From: Octopus sinensis
Lineage: Eukaryota
Reading direction: 5' to 3'
Assembly (NCBI RefSeq): GCF_006345805.1
Contig: NC_043019.1
Location: 32,797,360-32,861,359 of the forward strand
Length of the DNA stretch: 64,000 bases
In this document: positions 1 to 9,985 of the stretch, piece after piece
Position numbering within the stretch: position 1 is the stretch's first letter
Layout of the letters: each line of letters starts with the position of its first letter
Program-made: the position numbers and the translations under genes
Notes under the pieces: model-generated
Seen by the model: the letters and a program-made list of their open reading frames with translations, nothing else
What the model was told of the DNA's origin: nothing
Database searches by the model: none

Positions 1-284
1 AATGATGGTAAATTTTTTTTTGAGAGTAAAAAAAGTTTGAGTTGCGTCCCCTAGACAGTCTGTGGTTTATTTTTTGATTCTCGACCCCATGTCGAATTTA
101 TCGATTTTTTCAGAACTGGGGGAACTTTTCAAAATTTTCGCTGCGTTAGTTTTGAATTATGACATTGGGCTATGTGTGTGTCAAGTTTCATCAGAATCGG
201 TTGAAAGCCGTGGTCAGAGTGAGGGTACGAGAAAACAGACACACAGAAACACACACAGACAAACTGCCGTTTATATAGAGAGAG
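1..284 (-). mobile_element. Probable 5' end of non-autonomous Helitron-like element
   Basis: Reverse complement begins TCTCTCTATATAAA followed by tgtgtgtc microsatellite, like the element at 10399. Confidence 0.45.
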
Positions 285-1204
285 ATAATAATGATAATAA
301 TAATAATCCTTTCTGCTGGAAGCACAAGGCCTCAAGTTTGGGGGAAGGGATTAAGTCTATTACATGGACCCCAGTGTGTAACGGGGTCAATTAAATAAGT
401 ACCAGTTGAGCAGTTGGGTCAACGTAACTGATTTAAACCTTCCTCCGAACTTGCTGGCCTTGTGCCATTTTTGAAATTATTATTAAGGTAGTAAACTAGC
501 TGAATCATTAGCACGCTAGACAAAATACTTTGTGGAATTTTGCCTATGTTTATTTTTTGAGTTCAAATGCTGCTGAAGTTGGAGTCGGATCTACCGTATT
601 TTAACGTGCATAAGGAATCCTTTTTTGTCAAAAATTTGGTTAGAATATATGGGAGTTTCTTATACATGGATAGTATTATAATCCCTAACAAAATCCTTTT
701 TCCAAATTTTAAGCCCCCAAAATTAGGGGCTTCCTTATACACGGGGTTTCCTTGTACATGTTAAAATATGGTAATTGGATTTCCTCCCCACCACTAAAAT
801 TGTTGGCTGCGTGTCTAAATTTTAAACCATTTTTATTTTTATTATTTATTTTTTTCTTCCTCCTTCTATATTCCTTTTTCTTCATTGTTTTTTTTTTGTA
901 TATTTACTTTTCCCTTTCTTTCTTCATCTTTTCTTATGCTTCCTCTTTTTTTATTTTTTCCTTCGGCCTCCTCTTCTATTTCTATCTTCTGTTATTAGAA
1001 TGACTGATGAAGATGACAATGCAACGGAGTCATTTTATATAAGGTAAAAATGAACACACACCCTTTACAGTCACACACCCTTTACAGTCACCTCTCACAG
1101 TCCAGTTCCCATTTATTAGGCAACTCCACTATCATAAGCTCATGCAACTCCTATGCATCGTAACCAACCAGCTGACCGCCATATTATCTCACCTATGCTG
1201 CACA

Positions 1205-1246
1205 ACTATATATATATATAAAAATAAATATATCTATCAAGCTCTA

Positions 1247-1296
<50 letters not shown>

Positions 1297-2238
1297 TAAT
1301 ATATATATATATATATTAATAATATATTAATAATATATATAATATATATTAATAATATATTAATAATATATATATATATATTAATAATATATTAATAATA
1401 TATATATATATATATTAATAATATATTAATAATATTATATATATATTAATAATATATTAATAATATATATATATATATTAATAATATATTAATAATATAT
1501 ATATATATATTAATAATATATAATAATATATATATATATATATAATAATATATAATAATATATATATATATATAATAATATATTAATAATATATATATAT
1601 ATATATTAATAATATATTAATAATATATATATATATATTAATAAATATTAATAATATATATATATATATTAATAATATATTAATATATATATATATATAT
1701 TAATAATATATTATAATATTATATATATATTAATAATATATTAATAATATATATATATATATTAATAATATATTAATAATAATATATATATTAATAAATA
1801 TTAATAATATATATATTATATATTAATAATATATTAATAATATATATATATATATTAATAATATATTAATAATATATATATATATATTAATAATATATTA
1901 ATACTATATAATATATATTAATAATATATTATAATATATATATATATAGAATATATTAATAATATATTAATAATATATATATATATATATATATTAATAA
2001 TATATTAATAATATATTATATTAATAATATATTAATAATATATATATTAATAATATATTAATAATATATATATATTAATAATATATTAATAATATATATA
2101 TATAATAATATATTAATAATATATATATATAATAATATATTAATAATATATATATATTAATAATATTATAATATATATATATTAATAATATATTAATAAT
2201 TATATATTTAATAATATATTAATAATTATATAATATAT
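1205..2238. repeat. Almost pure A/T low-complexity (TA / TAATAA) block
   Basis: About 1 kb with very few G/C; similar block at 3147-3660. Confidence 0.95.
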
Positions 2239-2401
2239 AATAGTTATCCATACTATATGGCATTCTTATAGAAATAAGAATAAAGCTGTCCGCTTATTAG
2301 CTCCATGAGGCCATCGCCTTAAGTTAGCTCTTTGATACACAAACTGTATCCATATAACCTTCGAACAAGGGAGGTCAGTCCTCCACACTACTTGACCGAC
2401 A

Positions 2402-2443
2402 GCTACAGACGCGTTTCGGGGTATTGCCCCTTTTCAATGTAGC
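2402..2443 (-). ncRNA. Type I hammerhead ribozyme (intact inverted copy)
   Basis: Exact reverse complement of 2876-2917. Confidence 0.85.
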
Positions 2444-2515
2444 GTAGTCAGACCAGTAGGTGTCGCTTCTGACAATCTCTGTTCGAAGGTTTTATTTACC
2501 TACTGGTCTGACTAC

Positions 2516-2555
2516 GCTACATTGAAAAGGGGCAATACCCGAACGCGTCTGTAGC
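2516..2555 (+). ncRNA. Hammerhead ribozyme copy with two 1-nt deletions (ccc, GAA)
   Basis: Same sequence as 2876-2917 but cccGAAcgcg; both losses are in homopolymers, so real decay or assembly error. Confidence 0.6.
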
Positions 2556-2875
2556 TGTCGGTCAAGTAGTGTGGAGCGACTGACCTCCCTTGTTCGAAGG
2601 TTATATGGATACAGTTTGTGTATCAAATAGCTAAATAAAGGCGATGGCCTCTTGGAGCTAATAAGCGGACAGCTTTATTCTTATTTTTATAAGAATGCCA
2701 TATTAGTATGGCGATAACTATTATTTTCCAGGAACGCTGCCGTGTTCTCTTTTAGAGAGACTTAGTAATTTTAATATTTCTATTATTGAAAACAAGTGGA
2801 TGTATTCCACCGAAACTAGGTAAATAAAACCTTCGAACAGAGATTGTCAGAAGTGACACCTACTGGTCTGACTAC

Positions 2876-2917
2876 GCTACATTGAAAAGGGGCAATACCC
2901 CGAAACGCGTCTGTAGC
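2876..2917 (+). ncRNA. Type I hammerhead ribozyme, U3-A8 core variant, GUC cleavage after 2911
   Basis: gctaca-TTGAAAA-gggg caata cccc-GAAA-cgcg-TC-tgtagc; stems I and II pair fully, stem III is a minimal self-complementary ACGCGT; stem I extends to 2828-2839/2953-2964. Confidence 0.85.
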
Positions 2918-3667
2918 TGTCGGTCAAGTAGTGTGGAGCGACTGACCTCCCTTGTTCGAAGGTTATATGGATACAGTTTGTGTATCAAATAGCTAACTTA
3001 AGGCGATGGCCTCATGGAGCTAATAAGCGGACAGCTTTATTCTTATTTTTTAAGAATGCCATATTAGTATGGCGATAACTATTATTTTCCAGGAACGCTG
3101 CCGTGTTTCTTTTAGAGAGACTTAGTAATTTTAATATTTCTATTATATATATATATATTAATATATATTAATGATATATATATATTATTAATAATATATT
3201 TATAATATATATATTAATAATATATTTATAATATATATTAATAATATATTAATAATATATATATATATTAATAATATATTTATTATATATATATATTAAT
3301 AATATATTATTATATATATACATTAATAATATATTTATAATATATATATTATTAATAATATATAGATATATATAAATAAATATATATATATAATATATAT
3401 AAATAAATATATATATATAAATATTATATAATTATAAATATATATATATAATATATATATATATTATAAATATATATATTATATTTATAATATATATTAT
3501 AAATATATATATATATTTATAATATATATATATATATTTATAATATATATATATATTATAATATATATATATTTATAATATATATATATATATTCTAATA
3601 TTATATTTATTTATATATATATTTATTATTAATATATATATATTATAAATATTATTTTATAGAAGGA

Positions 3668-3716
3668 GCTTCTACAGGACTAGAACTGTTTCATTCAAAA
3701 GAAATCATCAGGAAGC
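3668..3716 (-). ncRNA. Type I hammerhead ribozyme, weak stem II
   Basis: Reverse complement gcttc-CTGATGA-tttc tttt gaat-GAAA-cag ttctagtc ctg-TA-gaagc. Confidence 0.6.
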
Positions 3717-3777
3717 ATACATAAATATGTATGTATAAATAATAAAGTAATGGCACACAGCAGCGTTTATGTATAAT

Positions 3778-4082
3778 CACAATTTAAGTTAGTTGAAATA
3801 TGTTTCTCATGTATTTCAACTGCTAAAGGCAAGCACACTGCAGTTACCATGGAGAAAAAAATCTCTCTTAGTTTGTTCAGAGTTGTCTCCCTTAGGTACA
3901 TCTCATTGAGAAGAGACAATAAACTCAAACCATCGATGTCTGAGAGATGGCGACACTGAATGAAACTGGGTGTTTTCACACCTTTTAACCGTAAGAGAGA
4001 TTTTTGTCTCCATGGTAACTGCAGTGTATTTGCCTTTAGGGGTTGAAATACATGACAAACATTTCAACTAACCTAAATTGTG
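3778..4082. mobile_element. MITE with ~90-bp TIRs, CAC...GTG termini, 3-bp AAT flanks (CACTA/EnSpm- or Harbinger-like)
   Basis: cacaatttaagttagttgaaat... mirrored by ...atttcaactaacctaaattgtg; aat at 3775-3777 and 4083-4085. Confidence 0.75.
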
Positions 4083-4140
4083 AATATATATGTGTGTGTG
4101 TGTGTGTATAAATATATATTATACTTGTGTGTGTATATAT

Positions 4141-4700
4141 ATCATCATCATCATCATCATTTAGCATCCGCTTTCCATGCTAGCATGGGTTGGACGGTTC
4201 AACTGGGGTCTGTGAAGCCAGAAGGCTGCATCAGGCCCAGTCTGATCTGGCAATGTTTCTACAGCTGGATGCCCTTCCTAATGCCAACCACTCCTTGAGT
4301 GTAGTGGGTGCTTTTTACGTGCCACCCGCACAGGTGCCAGACGGAGCTGGCAAAAGGCCACGGACGATGGTGCTTTTTACGTGCCACCGGCACGGGTGCC
4401 AGGCGAGGCTGGCAACGGCCACGATCAGATGGTGCTTTTTACGTGCCACCGGCATGGGGGCCAGGCGAAACTGGCAACGGCCACGAACGGATGGTGCTTT
4501 TTATGTGCCAGGCGAGGCTGGCAACGGCCACGAACGGATGGTGCTTTTTACATGTCACCGGCACGGAGGCCAGTCGGGGTGGCGCTGGCAACGGCCACCA
4601 TCGGATGGTTCGCTTACTTGTCAACGGCACTGGTATCACAGCCGCAATTTCCATTGATGTTGATCGACTTCGATTTTGGTTCTGCTTTCTGATATCTGAT
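4141..4700 (-). mobile_element. RTE 3'UTR-type dispersed element with (TGA)n tail and internal ggtgctttttacgtgccaccggcac subrepeats
   Basis: Family seen about 18 times, e.g. 6500-6990, 9436-9790, 12745-12945, 13783-14170, 16018-16410, 18172-18400(+), 26245-26640, 29720-30110, 39083-39497, 49502-49758, 56767-57120; joined to RTE ORF end at 24500-25251. Confidence 0.75.
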
Positions 4701-4725
4701 TTGATTTGGTTTGATGTTTTTATAT

Positions 4726-4769
<44 letters not shown>

Positions 4770-5820
4770 AAAGAAATCTAGACAACCATGTGCAATGTGT
4801 TACAAAAAGGAAAACTGTGATTGTCAGTAAATGTGACTAAGGTTGTTAGGACACCTACATTGCTAGAAATAAGAGCTAATGCTGTAGTTAAAGCATACAA
4901 TTGTATATATGTATATATACTGTGAGTGACTGTAATTGCCTGAAAACACTGGCTGAGAATATATATATATATATTTGAGAGAGAAATGGATAGATAGATA
5001 GATATGTTTCTTTATTATCCACACAGGGCTGCACACAGACAGGACAGATTACAAAGTAGAGCTTTTCTTTTTTGGGGAAAGAAAAAAAAAAGGTGGGGTT
5101 AAAAAAAGGGATTGTAAAAGGGAAAGAAGAAAAAAAAGAAGAAAAAAGGAAAAGGAACAAAAGAAAAAAAACGATCAATAGGGATCATGTATCACAGTGT
5201 GATGATGTAAAGTGTAAAGGGGAAAGCAGATAAGGTTTATTCGTAGGAAGAAAAGCCTACGGAAAAGACCACGGTACCCTCAGTCAATATTGTTACATGT
5301 TACCACATTTGTTTGCAAGTAGGTAACCCTCTGTTTTAAATTTTCCAGGTTCATAGGATTAAGCTCAAGGTGGCTTCGTCATTCATACGTGCCATCCTTG
5401 CTACATTCACCCATCTTTTTTTTGAAACATTCGCTAGACAAAACTTGCCTCTCTACTCTCACTTTCCTTTCCTCCTCTTCATCAACAATTTAATGTCCAC
5501 ATCCAGCTCATGTGGGGCAGATGGAATTTCTTTCGAGGTGGGTTTTCTAAGGGTGGATGTCCTTCCTGTTGCTAACCCTAACCTGTTTCCAAAAAGGTAA
5601 TATTTCCCCATAACCAGACATGTTTTCACAGTATATTGGGAATGAAGTAAACTGTGTGCATTATGGTGACAATTTTTTTACAGCTATTATATGGTCTCTG
5701 AGCAAGGAGTAACATACACATGCAGATGCATACATACATGCCTATATATACACATACACACATGTATACACACACACACAGACACGTGGGCTTCTTTCAG
5801 TTTCTGTCAACCAAATTCAC

Positions 5821-6316
5821 TTTGTGTCCCCCAAAGTCCATCCCCTCCTCACCGTGGTGGGGGACGCTGGCAACAAGTAGTGTCAGAGCTATGCCGTAGG
5901 GAACTTTGGTTCCTGTTAGGGCCACCCATGGCAGATTGGTCTGACACCGAGTGGTATTAGGGCCACAACTCGGTGAAAATCCTCAGAGTGTCTGTTTCGG
6001 CGACCGGTGGCTCCTTGGTCGTTCTGTCCCTGCGTCTGCGGACAATCTGCAGCGGCAAACAGGATGTCTCTACATGCGGGATTGTTGGGGACCGCTTGTC
6101 AAATCCACATATTCCCACGAAACTTCTCCCATGAATTCTCAATGGCGAATACAATAGCAACATCGGCCTGCGCTGATGGAACCATGACTGGCTCGCTATC
6201 TCTAGTGAACTGGCGCAGGACCATCATGCGTGGGCTGCCATGGTTCGAGATGCCTCGATGGTGGTAGAAGAAGCCGACTCAACCCGGCCAGGGTGAATGT
6301 CGCCGCAAGTACAAGT
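5821..6316 (+). mobile_element. Internally deleted RTE-like element inserted in a SINE, 8-bp TSD aaattcac
   Basis: TSD 5813-5820 and 6317-6324; (caagta)2 tail; 3' part homologous to the RTE fragment at about 50990-51100. Confidence 0.75.
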
Positions 6317-7594
6317 AAATTCACCCACAAGGCTTTGTTCGACCCAGGGCTTACAGTACAAGACACTTGCCAAAGGTACAATGCAGCAGGACTGAACCCT
6401 GAGCAAATGTGGTTGGAAAGCAAGCTCCTTACCAGACAACACTGAGATCAAATTTGCCCTTTGTCCCTTTGAGGTCAGTACAGTATAGCATCATCATCAT
6501 CATTATCATCATCGTTTAACGTCCACTTTCCATGCTAGCATGGGTTGGACGATTTTGACTGAGGGCTAGTGAGCCAGATGGCTGCACCAAGCTCCAATCT
6601 TGATCTGGCAGAGTTTCTACAGCTGGATGCCCTTCCTAACGCCAACCACTCCAAGAGTGTAGTGGTTGCTTTTTAAGTGCCACCGGCATGGGGGCAAGTC
6701 AGGCGGTACTGGCAATGACCTCGCTCGAATCCTTTTACACGTGCCAGTGAAGCGACGTTGGTAATGATCATGCTCGAATGGTGCCCTTTTACGTGCCACG
6801 GGTACGGAAGCCAGTTGGCTGCTCTGGCAACGATCATGCTCGGATGGTGCTCTTGGCACCTTACTAGCACAGGCACAAGTGCCAGTAAGGCAACGTTGGT
6901 AACAATCATATTCAAATAGCTGCTCTGTCAACGATCACACTCGTATGGTGCTCTTTGCACCCTGCTAGCATGGATGCCAGTCTGGGTTTGATGATATCAA
7001 CTAATTCCCACAACTTGAAATTGGTGGTCTTATGTCTAAATTGGAGCTGGCAAGATTGTTAGCACACTGGACATTTCTTCCAGCTTTACGTTCTGGGTTC
7101 AAATTCCATAGAGGTTCACTTTGCCTTTCATTCATTTGGAGTCAATAAAATAAGTACCGAAAAGGCGGCGAGCTGGCAGAAACGTTAGCACACCAGGTGA
7201 AATGCTTAGCAGTATTTCACCTGTCTTTACGTTCTAAGTTCAAATTCCACCGAGGTCGACTTTGCCTTTCCTCCTTTCGGGGTAGATAAATTAAGTACCA
7301 GTTGCATACTGGAGTTGATCTGATCGACTGCCCCCCTCCCACTCCTCAGAAATTTCAGGCCTTGTTCCTAGAGTAGAGAAGAATGATATACGTACCGATT
7401 GAGCACAGGGGTCGATATAATTGACTTTCTCCCCATCTTCAAAATTCCTAACGTTTTGCCCATTACGAAAAGAATTCTTATTCTTTGTTTATATAAGGTG
7501 GCGAGCTGGCAGAATCGTTAGCATGCTTGGTGAAATACCCGAGTGGCATTTTGTCTGACTTTGTTCTGAGTTCAAATTCTACAGGGGTTGACTT

Positions 7595-8235
7595 TGCCTT
7601 TCATTCTTTCAGAATCGGTAAAATAATTACCAATGAAGTTCTAAGCCACTTTGACTATTGCTCTCAGCTATGGTCACCAACCAGTGTCAAATTAATCACA
7701 GAACTTGAGGTGATCCAACAAAGCTACACGAAGAAGATAGCCTCTGTGCAGCATATAAGCTATTGGGAAAGACTCAAGAGATTAAGACTCTATTCCTTAG
7801 AGTGTAGGCGAGAAAAACTTGCCATAATATACATCTGGAAGATCCTGGAAGGACTTGTCCCAAACTTTGGCATCGAGAGTTACACAAATACTAGAACTGG
7901 GCGCCACTGCATAGTGCCAAGGACTCCAAATTTGCCTTCAAGATGTAGGACAAGATACTGCGATAGCCTGGGCTTCAGAGGTCCACAGCTCTTCAATATC
8001 CTCCAGAAGGACCTGAGAGACCTGCATGGGGTGGATGCGGATATCTTTAAAATAAGGCTGGACCTCTTCCCGTCAGGTGTCCCAGGCGAACCGACTTCAC
8101 GGTAGGAGGTGCAGATGAGGGCAGCTGCATCGAACTCTCTCATGCACCAAATGTCAATTGCTAAAAAGCATTCGTGAAGTAAAAATCATGCAGCAACACC
8201 GAATGGCGGTGCCCCAGCATGGCCACAGCTCGTGA
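7595..8235 (+). mobile_element. CR1/L2-like LINE 3' fragment (RT C-terminal region)
   Basis: SHFDYCSQLWSP...SYWERLKRLRLYSLECRREKLAIIYIWKIL; homologous minus-strand piece at about 50120-50410. Confidence 0.85.
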
Positions 8236-8520
8236 GCTGAAACTAGATGAAAATGAAGTACTGTGATTGATGTAATCAATATGCTCCCCCGCCCCACAAA
8301 ATTTGATGGCTTGAGCCTACAGTAGAAAATATTATTTATTTTCTTCATTCTGTCTTCTTTCTTTATTTTTCCATTGTTTTTTTTCCTTTACTCTTTCTTT
8401 CCTCTTCTTCATCGTCTTTCCTCCTTTTTTTTGTTTTTCTTTCCCTTCCACTTCCTCTTTTACTTCTATTTTCTGTTATCAGACTGACTGACGATGACAC
8501 TGCTACAGAGTCAATTTATA

Positions 8521-8905
8521 TACTCTTTACTCTCTTTTACTTGTTTCACTCATTTGACTGCGGCCATGCTGGAGCATCGCCTTTAATCGAGCAACTCGAC
8601 CCCGGGACTTATTCTTTTGTAAGCCCAGTACTTATTATATCGGTCTCTTTTGCCAAACCGCTAAGTAACGGGGACATAAACACACCAGCATCGGTTGTCA
8701 AGCAATGCCAGGGGTACAAACACAGACACACACGCACACATACATATACATATATACGACGGGCTTCTTTCAGTTTCCGTCTACCAAATCCACTCACAAG
8801 GCTTTGGTCGGCCCGAGGCTATAGTAGGAGACACTTGCCCAAGATGCCACGCAGTGGGACTGAACCCGGAACCATGTGGTTGGTAAACAAGCTACTTACC
8901 ACAAA
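8521..8905 (-). mobile_element. tRNA-derived SINE family A (head ggcgcaggagtggctgtgtgg, internal CA/TA microsatellite, (AAGAGTA)n tail)
   Basis: Other copies: 11309-11870, 19268-19440(+), 36533-36937(+), 37506-37917, 38220-38580(+), 51655-52180, 54505-54878, 56331-56703, 57492-57876. Confidence 0.85.
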
Positions 8906-9102
8906 CACATGTGCATACACACACACACACACACCCTGTCACCTCCATTGCTCCTTCAGTTTATGTAGCATCTCTGAAGCACTCTCATTCTCTTTTCACT
9001 GCTCTCACACATCTTCCAGCCAGCTACCCATCACTTTATCTCACCTATGCTGTACAACGAAACCACACACACACACACATTATATATATGTGTGTGTGTA
9101 TA

Positions 9103-9146
<44 letters not shown>

Positions 9147-9853
9147 ATGGGTGCTTTTAAGTGTCACCTGCATAAGTGCCAGTTACGTGACACCGACGTC
9201 AGTCACCATTGCCTCTGTGAGGCCCAGTGCTTGAATGGTGCTTTTTACGTGTCACTGGTATGGGTGCCTGTTACATGACACCAATATCGGCTACATTGCC
9301 TCTCACACACACACAGAGGTGTGTGTCTGTTTGTATGTGTGTTGATTGATAAAGGATAGATGGAAACCAATTTTGTGAACTGTCAAATGAACATTTGTTA
9401 CCTTCCTGTCCTTAACAGTGACACAGTTATGACTTCATCATCATCATCATCGTTTAATGTCCGTTCTCCATGCTAGCATGGGTTGGACGGTTCGACCGGG
9501 GATCTGGGAAGCAAGAAGGCTGCACCAGGCTCCAGTCTTATCTGGCAGTGTTTCTACAGCTGGATGCCACTCCGTGAGTGTAGTGGGTGCTTTTTATGTG
9601 CCACCTGCACAGGTGCCAGGCGAGGCTGGCAATGGCCACGGTCGGATTGGTGCATTTTACGTGCCACTGGCACGGAAGCCAGTCGAGGCGGCACTGGCAT
9701 CGGCCACAATTCGGATGGTGCTTTTTACGTGCCACCGGCACGGAAGCCAGTCGAGGCGGCGCTGGCATCGGCCCATTTTTTGCAATACTTGATTTCATGC
9801 ATATTATAATAGTTATAATTTTTCTTTTCTGTTTTTGGTTTTTTTTTCTGCAG

Positions 9854-9985
9854 CTCGGATTCATTGGAACCGGAGAGTCCCAGAAATGAGGATGACCCCG
9901 CGCTTGTAGCAGCAACCACATTCCGTGATCTTGTTTGTCGTGCCTCATTCGGAAGTATTAAATCTGTACTGAAGCCTGTCTTAGT
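9854..9985 (+). CDS. EFR3: EFR3 exon: [43 protein letters not shown](V)
   Basis: ctgcag| acceptor, |gtaagt donor; matches ENPAVLAENCFRELLGRATFGNMNNAVRPVF; 132 bp. Confidence 0.93.

Larger units (their letters stand above)
2239..3146. mobile_element. Retrozyme / Penelope-like pLTR cassette: inverted copy plus two direct ~360-bp copies, embedded in TA-rich microsatellite
   Basis: cctactggtctgactacgctac recurs at about 2499 and 2859; 2239-2500 is the reverse complement of about 2819-3080; each copy holds a hammerhead. Confidence 0.8.

Noticed and set aside
990-1040. CTGATGA within a 7-bp inverted repeat (C/D snoRNA or hammerhead?)
   Set aside because: No box D, no GAAA/stem II, and too short.
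5341-5600. Possible upstream EFR3 exon after ttttccag
   Set aside because: No frame resembles the expected GVVRKTV...DKIVPSLLFNM segment; sequence looks like a LINE 3' end on the minus strand.
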